Below, in pieces: positions 63,301 through 64,000 of a stretch of DNA of 64,000 bases. Below the pieces are notes generated by a model. The model saw only the letters and a list, made by a program, of their open reading frames with translations, made no database searches and was not told where the DNA came from. A program made the translations under genes and the position numbers. Where the stretch lies: NCBI GenBank assembly GCA_002269645.1, contig NIVC01002395.1, positions 1-64,000 of the forward strand, in the 5' to 3' direction. This DNA comes from Macrostomum lignano. Lineage: Eukaryota. Every line of letters starts with the position of its first letter. Position 1 is the first letter of the stretch.

Positions 63301-64000
63301 GCTCGGTGGCCTGGCCAGCTTCATCAATCAGCGCGTGCGTGAAGTGGCCTCTGCGCAGTCGGAGCCCGTGTAGCCAGCCGGTGGTGACGCAGGTGGCCAC
63401 CAGGACGCGGTGCATCGCGGCTCGTCCGAGTCGATCCGGCCCGACCGACGCGGCGGCCACTGCCGGTGTCGTCACCGACTCGACGTCTTTCCGACGAGCG
63501 GCGTTGAGCCGCACCAGCTGTCCGGCGGACACCCGGCCGGACGCGAGCAGCCGGTCAGCCAGCTGGTCAGCGGCCGAGTTGGACGGGGCGCAGACGAGCA
63601 GGCGAGAGTCGGGCAGGCGGTTAAGCAGCTGCAGGGCGCACTCGACCAGGGTGACGGTCTTGCCCGTGCCCGGCGGTCCGAACACCACGTAGGGCCGCGG
63701 GCGACGCCGGCCGGCCAGGACTCGGCGGACGGCGCAGCGCTGGCGCTCGTTCAGCCGGCTGTTGAAAAACTCCAAACTGCGGCAACACGCCTGCGGCGGT
63801 TTAACGTCGGCGGCGTCGAGCTCCGGGAAGAGGGTCGGCCAGGGCAGCGAGCTGGACGAGCCGGCCAGCGACACAGCGTGATGGCAGCGACGGTAGCCGG
63901 TGCGGTTGACGCAGAACTGCACGCTGAAGGTGCACGGCGACTGGCTTAGCAGCGTCTGGGCCAGGGCCGAGTGCAGGTGCGGATGGAACTTCAGCAGAGC
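60386..64000 (-). CDS. MOV10: MOV10/Armitage/SDE3-family UPF1-like RNA helicase, 3' part; exons complement(60386-60643, 61838-62410, 63263->64000)
   Basis: FGPPGTGKTVTLVE; VCAPSNSAAD; HFTHALIDEAGQATEPE; VVLAGDPMQLGPV; LLQNYRSHP; SWFNPAE; IGVVTPYRKQ; SVEEFQGQE; GFL..PRRFNVSVSRA..VVGNP; phase-0 GT-AG introns. Confidence 0.93.
60644..61803. repeat. Compound minisatellite in the last MOV10 intron: 57-bp units (~60644-61100) grading into 31-bp units (~61100-61803)
   Basis: Shared core CCGGTGA(T/A/G)TATCACCTGGGGA. Confidence 0.95.

Overview
Eukaryotic (metazoan), intron-rich, repeat-rich 64-kb window. GC-rich exons with poly-Gln tracts and introns filled with minisatellites resemble a flatworm such as Macrostomum; this is inference, not verified. 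Genes recognised by motif and splice-site reading, in order: CCDC169-like (-), a compact MLH3-type MutL C-terminal endonuclease exon (+), an intronless EF-hand rhomboid protease (-), EPS8-like (+), adenylate kinase 1 (+), ZNF830 (+), an Amt3-type ammonium transporter (+) and the 3' part of a MOV10-type helicase (-). The dominant structure is a near-identical tandem triplication (31736-58635, 8.6-9.2 kb units). Its breakpoints lie inside ZNF830 exon 1 and the last Amt exon. It creates two Amt copies with a new C-terminus fused to headless ZNF830 copies, and the junction carries a templated insertion. Nearly every large intron holds a different minisatellite; one in MOV10 is built from its own 3' splice site. 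Mobile remnants include LINE 3' ends, a Maverick/Polinton-type ATPase relic, hAT- and MULE-type MITEs with TSDs, and tRNA-derived SINEs. Most long ORFs in the supplied track are stop-free satellite frames, not proteins. All family assignments are from recalled motifs; no database search was run, and coordinates were read by eye.
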